Assembly: GCF_009914755.1 (NCBI RefSeq)
Contig: NC_060935.1
Length of the DNA stretch: 64,000 nucleotides
Source: the human T2T-CHM13v2.0 reference genome, Homo sapiens
Reading direction: 5' to 3' (one strand)
Part shown: positions 32,109 through 46,700 of the stretch, one piece after another
Layout of the letters: the number at the start of each line of letters is the position of its first letter
Position numbering within the stretch: position 1 is the first letter of the stretch
Program-made: the position numbers and the translations under genes
The notes under the pieces: generated by a model
Database searches by the model: none
Told to the model about the DNA's origin: nothing
Seen by the model: only the letters and a program-made list of their open reading frames with translations

Positions 32109-34860
32109 GGTTTTGGAGACATATTACACAGGTGAGAGTTTACCTAGATTTTAGCATATATTCTTTCAGTTTCCATGAATGTCAAAGCAGGCTCTACCAA
32201 AGTCATGACATAAATGATTAAGATATTGATACTACCTTTTTTTTGCATCTGCTTTCACTCTTACACCAGAAAAGACAAGAACACTAAATAAATAAATACA
32301 TAAATAAATAAATAGTGAAATAAAGAAATGTTTATTCCTGATTTTGTTTTATTGCTTAAAGGCCTGCATAGGTGAAAGATAAAGTTTTGTTTTGTGGATG
32401 GTGAGAAAGTCACCAGAGGAAGCAGGAGAGAAGTGGGGGAAATATTTTAGCAGTGAAAAATTGATGATTTGTTGTTCATACCTACATACATATCAGTTAA
32501 CAGTCCTGAAAAATAAGTTGAAAAAACTGTGGAGTGTTAGAACTGTATAAGTCTCTAGGGAAGCTTGTTTCTAAAAGGCAGGTGTAGCTGCCTAAAACAA
32601 GTTTCACATTCTTTATCTTGAAAAGGAAACAGCAGATGCAGCAGTCTCCCCAGAACCCTGCTATTTCAGACAAAGATGTCAGGGGAGTCTGCCAAGAAGT
32701 GGAACTCAGAATTTCATTTCCAAATATTCTCAAGGCCATAAGGCTAAGGAACCTTACACATGTGGGGCAGAAAAAAAGAAAGATCAGACTGAATTCTGAC
32801 TCAGACTCTCCCACTATGCTTTAAAATTTGGAAACTGTAAATAGAAATTAATTCCGAAAAGGAAGTAATAATTTTTGAATAATCAAATTTGTGGATTCAA
32901 AGGATTCTCATGAACTGTCTTTTAAATAGGAATAGTGATTTTTATTTATTTTATGGCTGTAGGTGTTGTAACTGCAGGTTTTTCCTTGCAGGAGTGAGTC
33001 TGTGCTGCTGCACATGCCCCAGCCTCTGAATCTAGAGCTTAGTGCAGGGCTCATCACTGGACTGAGGGACAGGCTCAACCAATTCTGAGGTAAGTCTCCA
33101 CCCATAGCCAGTGCTCCCACTATCTAAATATCATTATTGTTAGGACCACATAGGTAATATTTCACCCTTTATCAAATATTTTACTTCCTTATAGACATAA
33201 GTGAACAACATAATCATGCAACCCTTTTGTATCTGTGTCTGTATAGTCAGATTTATAGCATTAAGTTTGAAAGATAGTGAAAAACAAATACATTTTGGCT
33301 TATTATGTACTGAGTAATGTAATGGGAAAAAGGAGTAGTGTAGCAAATTTTAAAAAGGAGCAAATGGAACAATGCTCAGAATGAAGGTGAGTTATTTAAT
33401 GTTAAATACAAAATTTTACATTTTCTTAGTGTATTCATTTGAACAGCTAAGAATTGTTCTTTTGGGGATTATGGTTTACTGGGGATTGCTGGGGTTTTTT
33501 AATTTTTTAAATGGATATGTATCATGAATTGCAAAAAAAATTAGTTAATGGGTAAACATAAAAAGAAGAAATCATTTTGCGAATACAAGTAAAATTACAA
33601 ACAAAAAGAAGTTCAGGTTAATTGCAATATGAAAAGCTACAGGTTAAGTTTAAAATCCAGCTTCAGCCCCAAGCTAGCATGGAGGACCACAGAGAGACTG
33701 GTAAAAGATTTTACAGAAATCTGCTTTAAATTGTCACTTATGACATGTACTTACGGATTTTTATCCAGTCATCAACAGCAGTTCTTGAGTAACTGAAAAT
33801 CTTCACATTCTTTCCAAAATGATAGCACTAGTTTTTAACAATAAGAAACATTTCTAAATAATGATCTTGATAACAGCATACTATTTAGGGCATTTAATGT
33901 GCAAGTTTTGCTTGGAAAATTGGATTGAAAGAAGTTGGTCTTACATTTGGCTCTCAATATGTAAGATTTCAAAGCATTTTTAATATCGGTGGTTAGTGTT
34001 TTGTTTGTCTTTTAGTTAAATTAATCATCTCCATGTTTTATTAGAAGTTACAAGCGAAATCGTCCTTGTGACTTTACATTTCCTGGTAAATTAACTTCTC
34101 GATAGAACAATTTTTGCTTATTGACACATGTCTATGTATGTTTTGTTTCTTTCTCTTTTATTTATTTATTTATTTTTGCAGTGGATATTAATCTGAATCA
34201 TGATGAGCCAACAGTCGTATCTTTCGATGTGGAGATTTGAGAAACATTTGTATTGTATCTGACCGTCAAAATCCGCCACATATCACTGCAACACCTACAA
34301 GTTTTCTTGCATGGGGTGCTCAGACTTTCACCTCCAGCAAATATTACTGGGAGGTCCATGTGGGGGACTCTTGGAATTGGGCTTTTGGTGTCTGTAATAA
34401 GTATTGGAAAGGGAAGAATCAGAATGACAATATATATGGAGAGGAGGGACTCTTTAGTCTTGGATGTGTCAGGAATGACATTGAGTGCAGTCTCTTTACC
34501 ACCTCCCCACTTACACTGCAATATGTCCCAAGACCTTCCAGCCGCATAGGATTATTCCTGGATTGTGAAGCTAGAACTGTGAGCTTCGTTGATGTTAATC
34601 AAAGCTGCCCTATATACACCATCCCTAATTGCGCCTTCTCACATTCCTCTCAGGCCTGTCTTTCGGTGTGTTCACCTCTGACCAGAGATCAATCAGAAAT
34701 GTGTTCATCTGCTGTGAGAACCCCTTTATTCCAGGAAGCCCTCTTCCTTATGCCTTATCAAACAGGACAAATAGGTTCTGTTTTATGTCTTGAATTGCCT
34801 CCTAATGTTATTAAAACTCATTTATTGTGTTACTATTAAAAATGGTAAAAACACTAAAAG
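32109..34860 (+). pseudogene. TRIM48/49/51/53-family pseudogene, 3' part: exons 32109-32131, 32992-33089 and B30.2/SPRY exon from 34182
   Basis: GFGDILHR | [31 protein letters not shown] | VDINLNHD(fs)...FLAWGAQTFTSSKYYWEVHVGDSWNWAFGVC...RIGLFLDCEARTVSFVDV; AG/GT borders; premature TGA 33086-33088, -1 frameshift ~34206, +1 ~34645, ancestral stop 34679-34681, ATTAAA at 34810 and 34835; no RING or coiled-coil exons directly upstream. Confidence 0.95.
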
Positions 34861-35294
34861 TACATGTATTGGTTCTTTATTAATTTTTGAAAAATCTTTA
34901 TTCATGATCATGGCATAAAATATATATATATATATTTTGTTTATTTCTGACTGCCACTGAGTGAAATAATAGATGACAGACATGTCTGAATGGAGTTAAA
35001 ATCAATGGAAGAGAGTCGGGATCTTTTGCTTCACGCAAAAGCTTGGAGTGAAGTCTTAATGACAGCTGGGAAATGTTTTTCTTTCTCTTTACCTAACTAT
35101 ATCGCACTTACCCATCACATTTCATTTTACTAATCTATCCTGTGAGTTAATATTATTTGACCTTCCATGCTGGGCTTCATTTTGGAATTCTCACCACATA
35201 GATAAATAATCCTGCATTATTAGTGTGCTCTTCTACATTGAAATACACAAGGTGCTCAGAACAATGCTGGATTAACTGAATTTTAAAAAATAAC

Positions 35295-35560
35295 TAAATA
35301 TTGATTCCTACCTCAGAACACACACAATCATTTCCAAATAGATTCAAGTCCTGAAGGTAAGGGGAACATGATACAATATTCTCATAAGGATTTCTTAACC
35401 AGGACAAAAATTGACAATTAAAAAAATTAGTTGGTTTACATTAATGACGACTTCTGTGTTTCAAAAAACATGATACAAGAATTGAAATGAAAACAATTAG
35501 CAGAGAAAGATATTCACCCAAACACATATAAAATAAAATACAATAAATGTGCATGATGAA
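35295..35560 (+). mobile_element. Ancient L1 ORF2 fragment (L1ME-like)
   Basis: Degenerate similarity to the L1 ORF2 3' region (CCTACCTCA...AGGATTTCTTAACCAGGACAAAAATTGACAATT...ACTTCTG). Confidence 0.55.
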
Positions 35561-37460
35561 TACTTAAGATGTATTTTAAGTATTTTTCCAGATTCTTCCA
35601 GAGTGGCATAGAATAAACTTGGATGGCAAATATCCACTTGCAGATTCTACAAAAAGAGTGTTTCAAAACTGCTCTATCAAAAGGAAGATTTAACTTTGTG
35701 AGTTGGATGCAATCATCACAAAGAAGTTTCTGAGAATGCTTCTGTCTAGTTTTTATGTGAAGATATGTCGTTTTCTACCATAGGTCTCAAAGCGCTCCAA
35801 ATATTCACTTGCAGATTCTACAAAAGAGAGTTTCAAAACTGCTCTAAAAAAGGAAAGTTCAAATCTGGGTGTTGAATGCACATATAAAAAAGGAGTTTCT
35901 GAGAATGCTTCTGTCTATATTTTATGTGAAGATATTGCTGTTTCCAATGAAGGACTCAAGCTAGTCGAAATATATATTTGAAAATTGTACAAAAAGAGCA
36001 TTCCAAAACTGCTATATCAAAAGTGAGGTTCAACTCCGTGAGTTGAATGAACACAAAACAAAGAAGTTCCGGACAATGCTTTTGTCTAGTTTTTATATGA
36101 ATATATAGCCGTTTCCAGCCAAGGCCTCAAAGCAGTCCAAATATGCAGTTGCATATTCTACAAAAAGAGTGTTTCAAACCTGCTCTGTGAAAAGTTATGT
36201 TCAACTCTCTGAGTTGAATGCACACATAACAAGAAGTTTCCGGGAATGCTTCTGTATAAATTTTATGTTAAAATATTCCCGTTTCCAACGAACGCCTCAA
36301 AGCAGTCCAAATATTCTCTTGCAGATTCTACAAAAAGAGTTTTTCAAAACTGCTCTATCAAAAAGAAGTTGCAACTCTGTGGTTTGAATGCACACATAAC
36401 AAAGTTGTTCCTGAGAATGCTTCTGTCTAGTATTTATCTGAAGATATTCCCGTTTCCAACGAAGTCCTCAAAGGAGTCCATATATCCACTTGCACATTCT
36501 ACCAAAAGAGTGTTTCAAAACTGCTCCATCAAAAGGAAGGTTCAACTCCGTGAGTTGAATGCACACATCACAAAGGAGTTTCTGAGAATGCTTCTGTCTA
36601 GTTTTTATGTGAAGATATGCCCGTTTCAGCTGTAGGCCTCAAATTGCTCCAAATATCCAATTGCAGATTCTACAAAAAGAGTATTTCAAAACTGCTCTAT
36701 CAAAAGGAACATACAACTCTGTGAGTTGAATGCAATTATCACAAAGAAGTTTCTGAGAATGCTTCCGTCTATATCTTTTGTGAAAATACTTGCTTTTCTA
36801 ACAGAGGCCACAAAGCGCTCCAAATATCCACTTGCAGATCCTACAAAAAGAGTGTTTCAAAACTGCTCTGTCAAAAGGAAGGTTCAGTTCTGTGAGTTGA
36901 ATGCACACAGAACAAAGTAGATTTGGAGAATGGTTCTATCTAGTTTTTATGTGAAGATATTCTCGTTTCCAATTAAGGCCTCAAAGCAGTCCAAATACCC
37001 ACTTGCACATACTACAAAAAGATTGTTTCAAAACTGCTCTATCAAAAAGAAGGTTCCACTCTGTGAGTGGAATGCACACATAACAAAGAAGTTCCTGAGA
37101 ATGCTTCTGTCTAGAGTTTATAGGAAGAAATTCCCATTTTCAAAGAAGGCCTCAAAGCAGTCAAAATATCCACTTGCAGATTGTACAAAAACAGTGCATC
37201 AAAACTGCTCTATCAACAGAAAGGTTCAACTCCGTGAGATGAATGCACAAATAACAAAGAAGTTTCTGAGAATGCTTCCGTCTAGTTTTTATGTGAAGAA
37301 TTCCCGTTTCTACCGTAAGCCCCAAAGTGCTCCAAATATCCACTTGCAGATTCTACAAAAGGAGTATTTCAAAACTGCTCTATCAAAAGGAAGGTTCAAC
37401 TCTGTGAGTTGAATGCACACATAACAAAGAAGTTTCCGAGAATGCTTCAGTCTAGATTTT

Positions 37461-37760
<300 letters not shown>

Positions 37761-40700
37761 TTCAGTCTAGATTTTATGTGAAGATATTCCCGTTCGCAAA
37801 GGAGGCCTCAAAGCAGTCCAAATTTCCGCCTGCAGATTCTACAAAAAGAGTGTTTGGAAACCGGTCTATGAAAAGGTATGTTCAACTATGTGAGTTGAAT
37901 GCACACATCGCAAAGAAGTTTCTGAGAATGTTTCTGTCTAGTTTCATGTGAAGATATTCCCGTTTCCAACGAAGACCTCAAAGCAGTCCAAATATCCACT
38001 TTCAGATTCTACAAGAAGAGAGGTTCAAAACTGCTCTATCAAAAGGAAGGTTCAAAACTGTGAGTTGAATGCACACATAACAAAGTAGTTTCTGAGAATG
38101 CTTCTGTCTATATTTTATGTGAAGATATTCCTGTTTCCAACGAAGTCCTCAAAGCAGTCCAAATATCCACTTGCAGATTGAACGAAAAGAGTGTTTCAAA
38201 ACTGCCCTATCAAAAGTGAGGTTCAACTCTGTGAGTTGAATGCACACATAACAAAGAAGTTCCTGAGAATGCTTCTGTCTACTTTTTATGTGAATATATT
38301 CCCTTTTCGAGTGAAGGCCTCAAAGCAGTACAAATATCCAGTAGCAGATTCTACCAAAAGAGTGTTTCAAAACTGCTCTATCAAAAAGAAGGTTCAACTC
38401 TGGGATTTGAATGCACACATAACAAAGAAGTTCCTGAGAATGCTTCCGTCTAGTATTTATGTGAAGATATTACCGTTTCCAATGAAGGCCTCCAAGAAGT
38501 CCACATATCCACTTGCAGATACTACAAAGAGAGTGTTTCAAAACTGCTCTATCAAAAGGAAGGTTCAACTCTGTGAGTTGAATGCACACATCACAAAGAA
38601 GTTTCAGAGAATGCTACTGTCTAGTTTTTTATGTGAAGATATTGCCATTTCAACCATAGGCCTCAAAGTGCTCCAAATATTCACTTGAAGATTCTACAAA
38701 AAGAGTGTTTCAAAATGGCTTTATCAAAAGGAAGATTCAACTCACAGAGTTGAATGCACACATAACAAAGAAGTTTCTGAGAATGGTTCTTTCTAGGTTT
38801 TATGTGAAGATATTCCGATTTCCAAAGAAGGCACCAGAGCAGTCGAGATATCCACTTGCAGATTGTACAAAAAGAGAGTTTCAAAACTGCTCTATCAAAA
38901 GGAAGGTTCAACTCTGTGAGTTGAATGCAATCATCACAAAGAAGTTTCTGAGAATGATTCTTTCTGGCTTTCATGTGAATATATCCCCGTTTCCAGCGAA
39001 GGCCTCAAAGCCGTCCAAATACGCAGTTGCAGATTCTATAAAAAGACTGTGTCAAAACTGCTCTGTGAAAAGGTATGTTCAAATCTGTCAGTTGAATGCA
39101 CACATAACAAAGAAGTTTTTGAGAATACTTCTGTCTAGTTTTTATGTGAAGATACTGAAGTTTCCAACGAAGGCCTCAAAAACTCCAAATATCCACTTGC
39201 AGATTCTACAAAAAGAGTGTTTCTAAACTGCTCTATCAAAAAGAAGGTTCAACTCTGTGACTTGAATGCACACATAACAAAGAAGTTCCTGAGAATGCTT
39301 CTGTCTAGTTTTTATGTGAAGATATTCCCGTTTCCAATGAAGGCCTTAAAGCAGTCCAAGTATCCACTTGCAGATTTTCCTAAAAAGTGTTTCAAAACTG
39401 CTCTATCAAAAGAGAGGTTCAACTCCGTGAGTTCAGTGCACACATAACAAAGAAGTTTCTGAGAGTGCTTCTGTCTAGTTTTTATGTGAAGATATTCCCG
39501 TTTCAACATTAGGCCTCAAAGTGCTCCAAATATCCACTTGCAGATTCTACAAAAAGAGTGTTTCAAAACTTCTCTATCAAAAGGAAGGTTCAACTCTGTG
39601 AGTTGAATGCACACATAACAAAGAAGTTCCTGAGAATGCTTCTGTCTAGTTTTCATGTGAAGATATTCCCGTTTCCAACAAAGGCCTCAAAGCAGTCGAA
39701 ATAGCCACTTGCAGATGGTACAAAAGGAGTGTTTCAAAACTATTATATCAAAAGTAAGGTTCAACTCAGTGAGTTGACCACACAGAACAAAGAAGTTTCC
39801 GATAATGATTCTGTCTAGTTTTTATGTGAAGATAATGATTCTGTCTAGTTTTTATGTGAAGATATTCCCATTTCAACCGTAGGCCTCAAAGTGCTCCAAA
39901 TATCCACTTGCAGATTCCACAAAAAGACTGGTTCAAAAGTGCTCTATCAAAAGGAAGGTTCAACTCTGTGAGTTGAATGCATACATAACAAAGTACTTTC
40001 TGAGAACGCTTCTGTCTAGTTTTAATGTTAGGATATTCCCTTTTCCAACGAAGGCCTCAAAGCATTCCAAATATCCACTTGCAGATTCTTCAAAAAGGGT
40101 GTTTCAAAACCGATCTATGAAAAGGTGTGTTCAACTCTGTGAGTTGGATGCAATCATCACAAAGAAGTTTCTGAGAATGCTTCTGTCCGGTTTTTATGTG
40201 AAGATATTTCCTTTTCTACTATAGGCCTCAAAGTGCTCCAAATATCCACTTGCAGATTCTACAAAAATAGTGTTTCAAAACTGCTCTACCAAAAGGATGG
40301 TTCAACACTGTGCGTTGAATGCACACATAACAAAGTAGTTTTTGAGAATGCTTCTGTCTAGATTTTATGTGATGATATTCCCGTTTCCAAAGATGGCCTC
40401 AAAGCAGTACAAATATCCACTTGCAGATTCTACAAAGAGAGTGTTTCAAAACTGCTCTATCAACAGAAAGATTCAATTCTGTGAGTTGAATGCTCACGTA
40501 ACAAAAAAGTTTCTGAGAATGTTTCTGTCTAGTTTTTATGTGAGGATATTCCCGTTTCAACCCTAGGCCTCAAAATGCTTCAAATAACCACTGGCAGTTT
40601 CTACAAAAAGAGTGTTTCAAAACTGCTCTATCAAAAGGAAGGTTCAACTCTGTGAGTTAAATGCACACATCCAAAGAAGTTTCTGAGAATGCTTCTGTCT

Positions 40701-43700
40701 ATTTTTTCTGTGAAGATATTCCTTTTCCAACGAAGGCCTCACAGCAGTCCAAATACCCACTTGCAGATTTTACAAAAAGAGTGTTTCAAAACTGCTCTAT
40801 TAAAAGGTATGTTCACTTTGTGAGTTGAATGCAGTCATCCTAAGGAAGTTTCTAACAATACTTCTGTCTGGTTTTTATGTGAAGATATTTCCTTTTCTAC
40901 CACAGGCCTCAAAGCGCTCCAAATATCCACTTGCAGATCCTACAAAAAGAGTGTTTCAAAAGTGCTCTATCAAAAGGAACGTTCAACTCTGTGAGTTGAA
41001 TGCAGACATAACAAAGAAGTTTCTGAGAATGCTTCTGTCTAGTATTTATGTGAAGATATTTCCGTTTCCAGCGAAGGACTCAAAGCAGTCCACATATCCA
41101 CTTGCAGATTCTACAAAAATAGTGTTTCAAAACCGCTCTATGAAAAGGTATGTTCAACTCTGTGAGTTGAATGCAATCATCACAAAGAAGTTTCTGAGAA
41201 TGCTTCTGTCTAGTTTTTATGTGAAGATATGTCCTTTTCTACCATAGGTCTCAAAGCGCTCCAAATATTCACCTGCAGATTCTACAAAGGAGAGTTTTAA
41301 AACTGCTCTAAAAAAGTAAAGTTCAAATCTGTGTGTTGAATGCACATATAGAAAAAGGAGTTTCTGAGAATGCTTCTGTCTATATTTTATGTGAAGATAT
41401 TGCTGTTTCCAACGAAGGCCTCATACCAGTCAAAATATACATTTGAAAATTGTACAAAAAGAGTGTTCCAAAACTGCTATATCAAAAGTAAGGTTCAATT
41501 CCGTGAGTTGAATGAACACACAACAAAGAAGTTCCGGAGAATGCTTTTGTCTAGTTTTTATGTGAATATATTACCGTTTCCAGATAAGGCCTCAAAGCAG
41601 TCCAAATATGCAGTTGCATATTCTACAAAAAGAGTGTTTCAAAACTGCTCTGTGAAAAGTTATGTTCAACTCTGTGAGTTGAATGCACACATAACAAGTA
41701 GTTTCCGGGAATGCTTCAACGAAGGCCTCAAAGCAGTCCAAATATTCTCTTGCAGATTCTACAAAAAGAGTTTTTCAAAACTGCTCTATCAAAAAGAAGT
41801 TGCAACTCTGTGGCTTGAATGCACACATAACAAAGATGTTCCTGAGAATGCTTCTGTCTAGTATTTATGTGAAGACATTCCCGTTTCCAACGAAGTCCTC
41901 AAAGGAGTCCACATATCCACTTGTACATTCTACCAAAAGTGTGTTTTGAAAGTGCTCCATCAAAAGGAAGGTTCAACTCCGTGAGCTGAATGCACACATC
42001 ACAAAGGAGTTTCTGAGAATGCTTCTGTCTAGTTTTTATGTGAAGATATGCCCGTTTCAACCGTAGGCCTCAAATTGCTCCAAATATCCATTTGTAGATT
42101 TCACAAAAAGAGTATTTCAAAACTGCTCTATCAAAAGGAACATTCAACTCTGTGAGTTGAATGCAATTATCACAGAGAAGTTTCTGAGAATGCTTCTATT
42201 TCTTATGTGAAAATACTTGCTTTTCTAACAGAGGCCACAAAGCGCTCCAAATATCCACTTGCAGATCCGACAAAAAGAGTGTTTCAAAACTGCTCTGTCA
42301 AAAGGAATGTTCAACTCCGTGAGTTGAATGCACACAGAACAAAGTAGTTTTCGAGAATGCTTCTGTCTAGTTTTTATGTGAAGATATTCCCATTCCCAAT
42401 GAAGGCCTCAAAGCAGTCCAAATATCCACCTGGAGATACTACAAAAAGATTGTTTCAAAACTGCTCTATCAAAAAGAAGGTTCCACTCTGTGAGTGGAAT
42501 GCACACATAACAAAGAAGTTCCTGAGAATGCGTCTGTCTAGAGTTTATGGGAAGAAATTCCTGCTTCCAACGAAGGCCTCAAAACAGTCAAAATATCCAC
42601 TTGCAGATTGTACAAAAAGAGTGTATCAAAACTGCTCTATCAACAGAAAGGTTCAACTCCATGAGATAAATGCACAAATAACAAAGAAGTTTCTGAGAAT
42701 CCTTCTGTCTACTTTTTATGTGAAGAAATCCCGTTTCAACCGTAGGCCTCAAAGTGCTCCAAATATCCACTTGCAGATTCTACAAAAGGAGTGTTTCAAA
42801 ACTGCTCTATCAAAAGGAAGGTTCAGCTCTGTGACTTGAATGCACACATAACAAAGAAGTTTCTGAGAATGCTTCTCTCTAGTTTTTATGTGAAGATATT
42901 CCCATTTCCAATGGAGGACTCAAAGCAGTCCAAATTTCCACTTGCAGATTCTACAAAAAGAGTGTTTGGAAACCGCTCTAAGAAAAGGTATGTTCAACTC
43001 TGTGAGTTGAATGCAATCATCACAAAGAAGTTTCTGAGAATGCTTCTGTCTACTTTTTATGTGAAAATATTTCCTTATCTACCATAGGCCTCAAAGCGCT
43101 CCAAATATCCACTTGCAGTTTCTACAAAAAGAATGTTTCAAAAATGCTCTATCAAAAGGAAGGTTCAAATCTGTGAGTTGAATGCACACATAACAAAGGT
43201 GTTCCTGAGAATGCTTCTGTCTCATTTGCTTGTGAAGATATTCCCCTTTCCATCGAAGGCCTCAAAGCAGTCCCAATGTACACTTGCACATTCTACAAAA
43301 AGAGTTTTTCAAAACTGCTCTATCAAAAGGAAGGTTCAACTCTGTGAGCTGAATGCACACATAACAAAGAAGTTTCTGAGAATGACTCTGTCTAGTTTTT
43401 ATGTGTAGATATTTCCGTTTCCAATGAAGGCCTCAAAGGAGTCCAAATATCCACTTGCATATTCTACAAAAAGATTGTTTAAAAACTGCTCTATCAAAAG
43501 GAAGGTTCAAGTCTGTGAGTTGAATGGACACATAAAAAAGTAGTTTCTGAGAATGCTTTTGTCTAGATTTTATGTGAAGATAATCCTGTTTCCAACGAAG
43601 TCATCAAATCAGTCCAAATATCTACTTGCAGATTGTACAAAAAGAGTGTTTCAAAACTGCTCTATCAAAAGTAAGGTTCAAATCTGTGAGTTGAATGCAC

Positions 43701-46700
43701 ACATTACAAAGAAATTCCTGAGAATGCTTCTGTCTAGTTTTTATGTGAATATATTCCCATTTCCAGTGAAGGCCTCAAAGCAGTCCAAATATGCAGATGC
43801 AGTTTCTACAAAAAGAGAGTTTCAAAGCTGCTCTGTGAAAACGTATGTTCAACTCCGTGAGTTGAATGCACACATAACAAAGAAGTTTCTGAGAGTCCTT
43901 CTGTTTAGTTTTTAAGTGAAGATAATCCCGTTTCAACCGTAGGCCTCAAACTACTCCAAATATCCACTTGCGGATTCTACAAAAGGAGTGTTTCAAAACT
44001 ACTCTATGAAAAGGAAGGTTCAACTCTGTGATTTGAATGCACACATCAAAAAGAAGTTTCTGAGAATGCTTCAGTCTAGTTTTTATGTGAAGGTATTCCT
44101 GTTTCCATCAAAGGCCTCAAAGCCGTCCAAATATTCAAATGCAGATTCTGCAAAAACAGTTTTTCAAAACTACTCTATCAAAAGGAAGATTCAAATCTGT
44201 GAGTTGAATGTCATCATCATAAAGAAATTTTGGAGAATGCTTCTGTCTAGTTTTTATGTGAAGATATTTCCTTTTCTACCATAAGCCTCAAAGTGCTCCA
44301 AATATCCCCTTGCAGATTCTACAAAAAGAGTCTTTCAAAACTGCTTTATCAAAAGGAAGGTTCAACACTGTGAGTTGAATGCACACAGAACAAAGTAGTT
44401 CCTGACAATGCTTCTCTCTAGATTTTATGTGACGATATTCCAGTTTCCAACGAAGGCCTTAAGACAGTCCAACTATCCACTTGCAGATTCTACAAAAAGA
44501 GTGTTTCAAAACTGCTCTATCAAAAAGAAGGTTCAATTCAGTGACTTGAATGCACACAGAACAAAGAATTTCCTGAGAAAGCTTCTGCTAGTATTTATTT
44601 GAAGATATTCCCATTTCCAACGAAGGCCTCAAAGGAGTCCACATTTCCACTTTGCAGATTCTACCAAAAGAGTGTTTCAAAACTGCTCTATCAAAAGGAA
44701 GTTTCAACTCTCTGAGTTGAATGCTCACATCACAAAGCAGTTTCTGAGAATGCTTCTGTCTAGTTTTTATGTGAAGATATGCCCATTTCAAACATAGGCC
44801 TCAAAGTGCTCCAAATATCCACTTGCAGATTCTACAAAAAGAGTGTTTCAAAACTCCTCTATCAAAAGGAACATTCAACTCTGTGAGTTGAATGCAATTA
44901 TCACAAAGAAGTTTCTGAGAATGTTTCTGTCTAGTTCTTATGTGAAGATACTTCCTTTTCTAACATAGGCCACAAAGCGCTCCAAATATCCACTTGCAGA
45001 TCCTACAAAAAGAGTGTTTCAAAACTGCTCTCTCAAAAGGAAGGTTCAACGCTGTGAGATGAATGCACACGGAACAAAGTAGTTTCTGAGAATGCTTCTG
45101 TCTAGTTTTTATGTGAAGATATTCCCGTTTCCATTGAAGGCCTCAAAGCAGTCCAAATATCCACTTGCGGATTCTACAAAAAGAGTGTTTCAAAACTGCA
45201 CTATCAAAAGAAAGGTTCAACTCCGTGAGTTGAATGCATACATAATAAAGAAGTTTCTTAGAATGCTTCTGTCTAGTTTCTATGTGAAGATAGGGTCAAG
45301 TTTCCAACGAAGGACTCAAAGCAGTCAAAATATCCACTTGCAGATTCTACAAAAAGAGTGTTTCAAAGCTACTCTATCAAAAGGAGGGTTCAACTCCGTG
45401 AGTTGAATGCACACATAACAAAGAAGTTCCTGAGAATGTTTCTGTCCAGTTTGTATGTGAAGATATTCCCATTTCAACAGTAGGCCTCAAAGTGCTCCAA
45501 ATATCCACTTGCAGATTGTACAAAAAGAGTGTTTCAAAAATACTCAATCAAAAGGAAAGTTCAACTCTGTGAGTTGAAAGCACACATCACAAAGAAGTTT
45601 CTGAGAATGCTTCTGTCTAGTTTTTATGTGAAGATATTTCCTTTCTACCATAGGCCTCAAAGCCCTCCAAACATCCACTTGAAGATTCTACAAAAGGAGT
45701 GTTTTAAAACTGCTCTAACAAAAGGAAGATTCAAATCTGTGAGTTGAATGCACACATTACAAAGTTGTTTCTGAGAATTCTTCTGTCTAGGTTTTATGTG
45801 AAGATATTCCTGTTTCAAACGATGGCCTCAAAGCAGTCCTAATATCCACTTGCAGGTTGTACAAAACGAGTGTTTCAAAACTGATCTATCAGATGGAAGA
45901 TTCGACTCTGTGAGTTGAATGCACACATAACAAAGAAATTCCTGAGAATGCTTCTGTCTAGTTTTTATGTGAAGATATTCCCGTTTCCAGTGAAGGACTC
46001 AAAGCAGTCCAGATATCCACTTGCAGATTCTACAAAAAGACTCTTTCAAAATTGCTCTACGAAAATGTATGTTCAACTCTGTGAGTTGAAGGCAATCATC
46101 AAAAAGAAGTTTCTGAGAATGCTTCTGTCTAGTGTTTATGTGAAGATATTTCCTATTACACAATAGGCCTCAAAGTGCTCCAAATATCCTCTTGCAGATT
46201 CTACATAAACAGTTTTTCAAAACTGCTCTATCAAAAAGAAGGTTCAACTCTGTGATTTGAATGCACACATAACAAAGAAGTTCCTGAGAATGCTTCTGTC
46301 TAGTATTTATGTGAAGGAAGTTATTCCCGTTTCCAACGAAGGCCTCAAAGCAGCCCAAATATCCACCTGCATATTCTACAAAAAAAGTGTTTCAAAGCTA
46401 CTCTATCAAAAGAAAGGTTCAAATCTGTGAGTTGAATGCAGACATCACAAAGAAGTTTCTATGCTTCTGTCTAATTTTTCTGTGAAGATATTCCCGTTTT
46501 AACCATAGGCCTCAAAGTGCTCCAAATATCCACTTGCAGATTCAACAAAAGGAGTGATTCAAAACTGCTTTATCAAAAGAAAGGTTCAACTTTGTGAGTT
46601 GAATGCACACATCACAAAGAAATTTCTGAGAATGCTTCTGTCTAGTTTTTACATAAAGATATTCCCATTTCCCATGAAGGCCTCAAAGCAACCAAGTAGC

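Noticed and set aside
34237-34839. 200-aa SPRY ORF as a functional standalone gene
   Set aside because: Starts at TTG inside an exon, preceded by a frameshift and an upstream stop, with a frameshifted C-terminus
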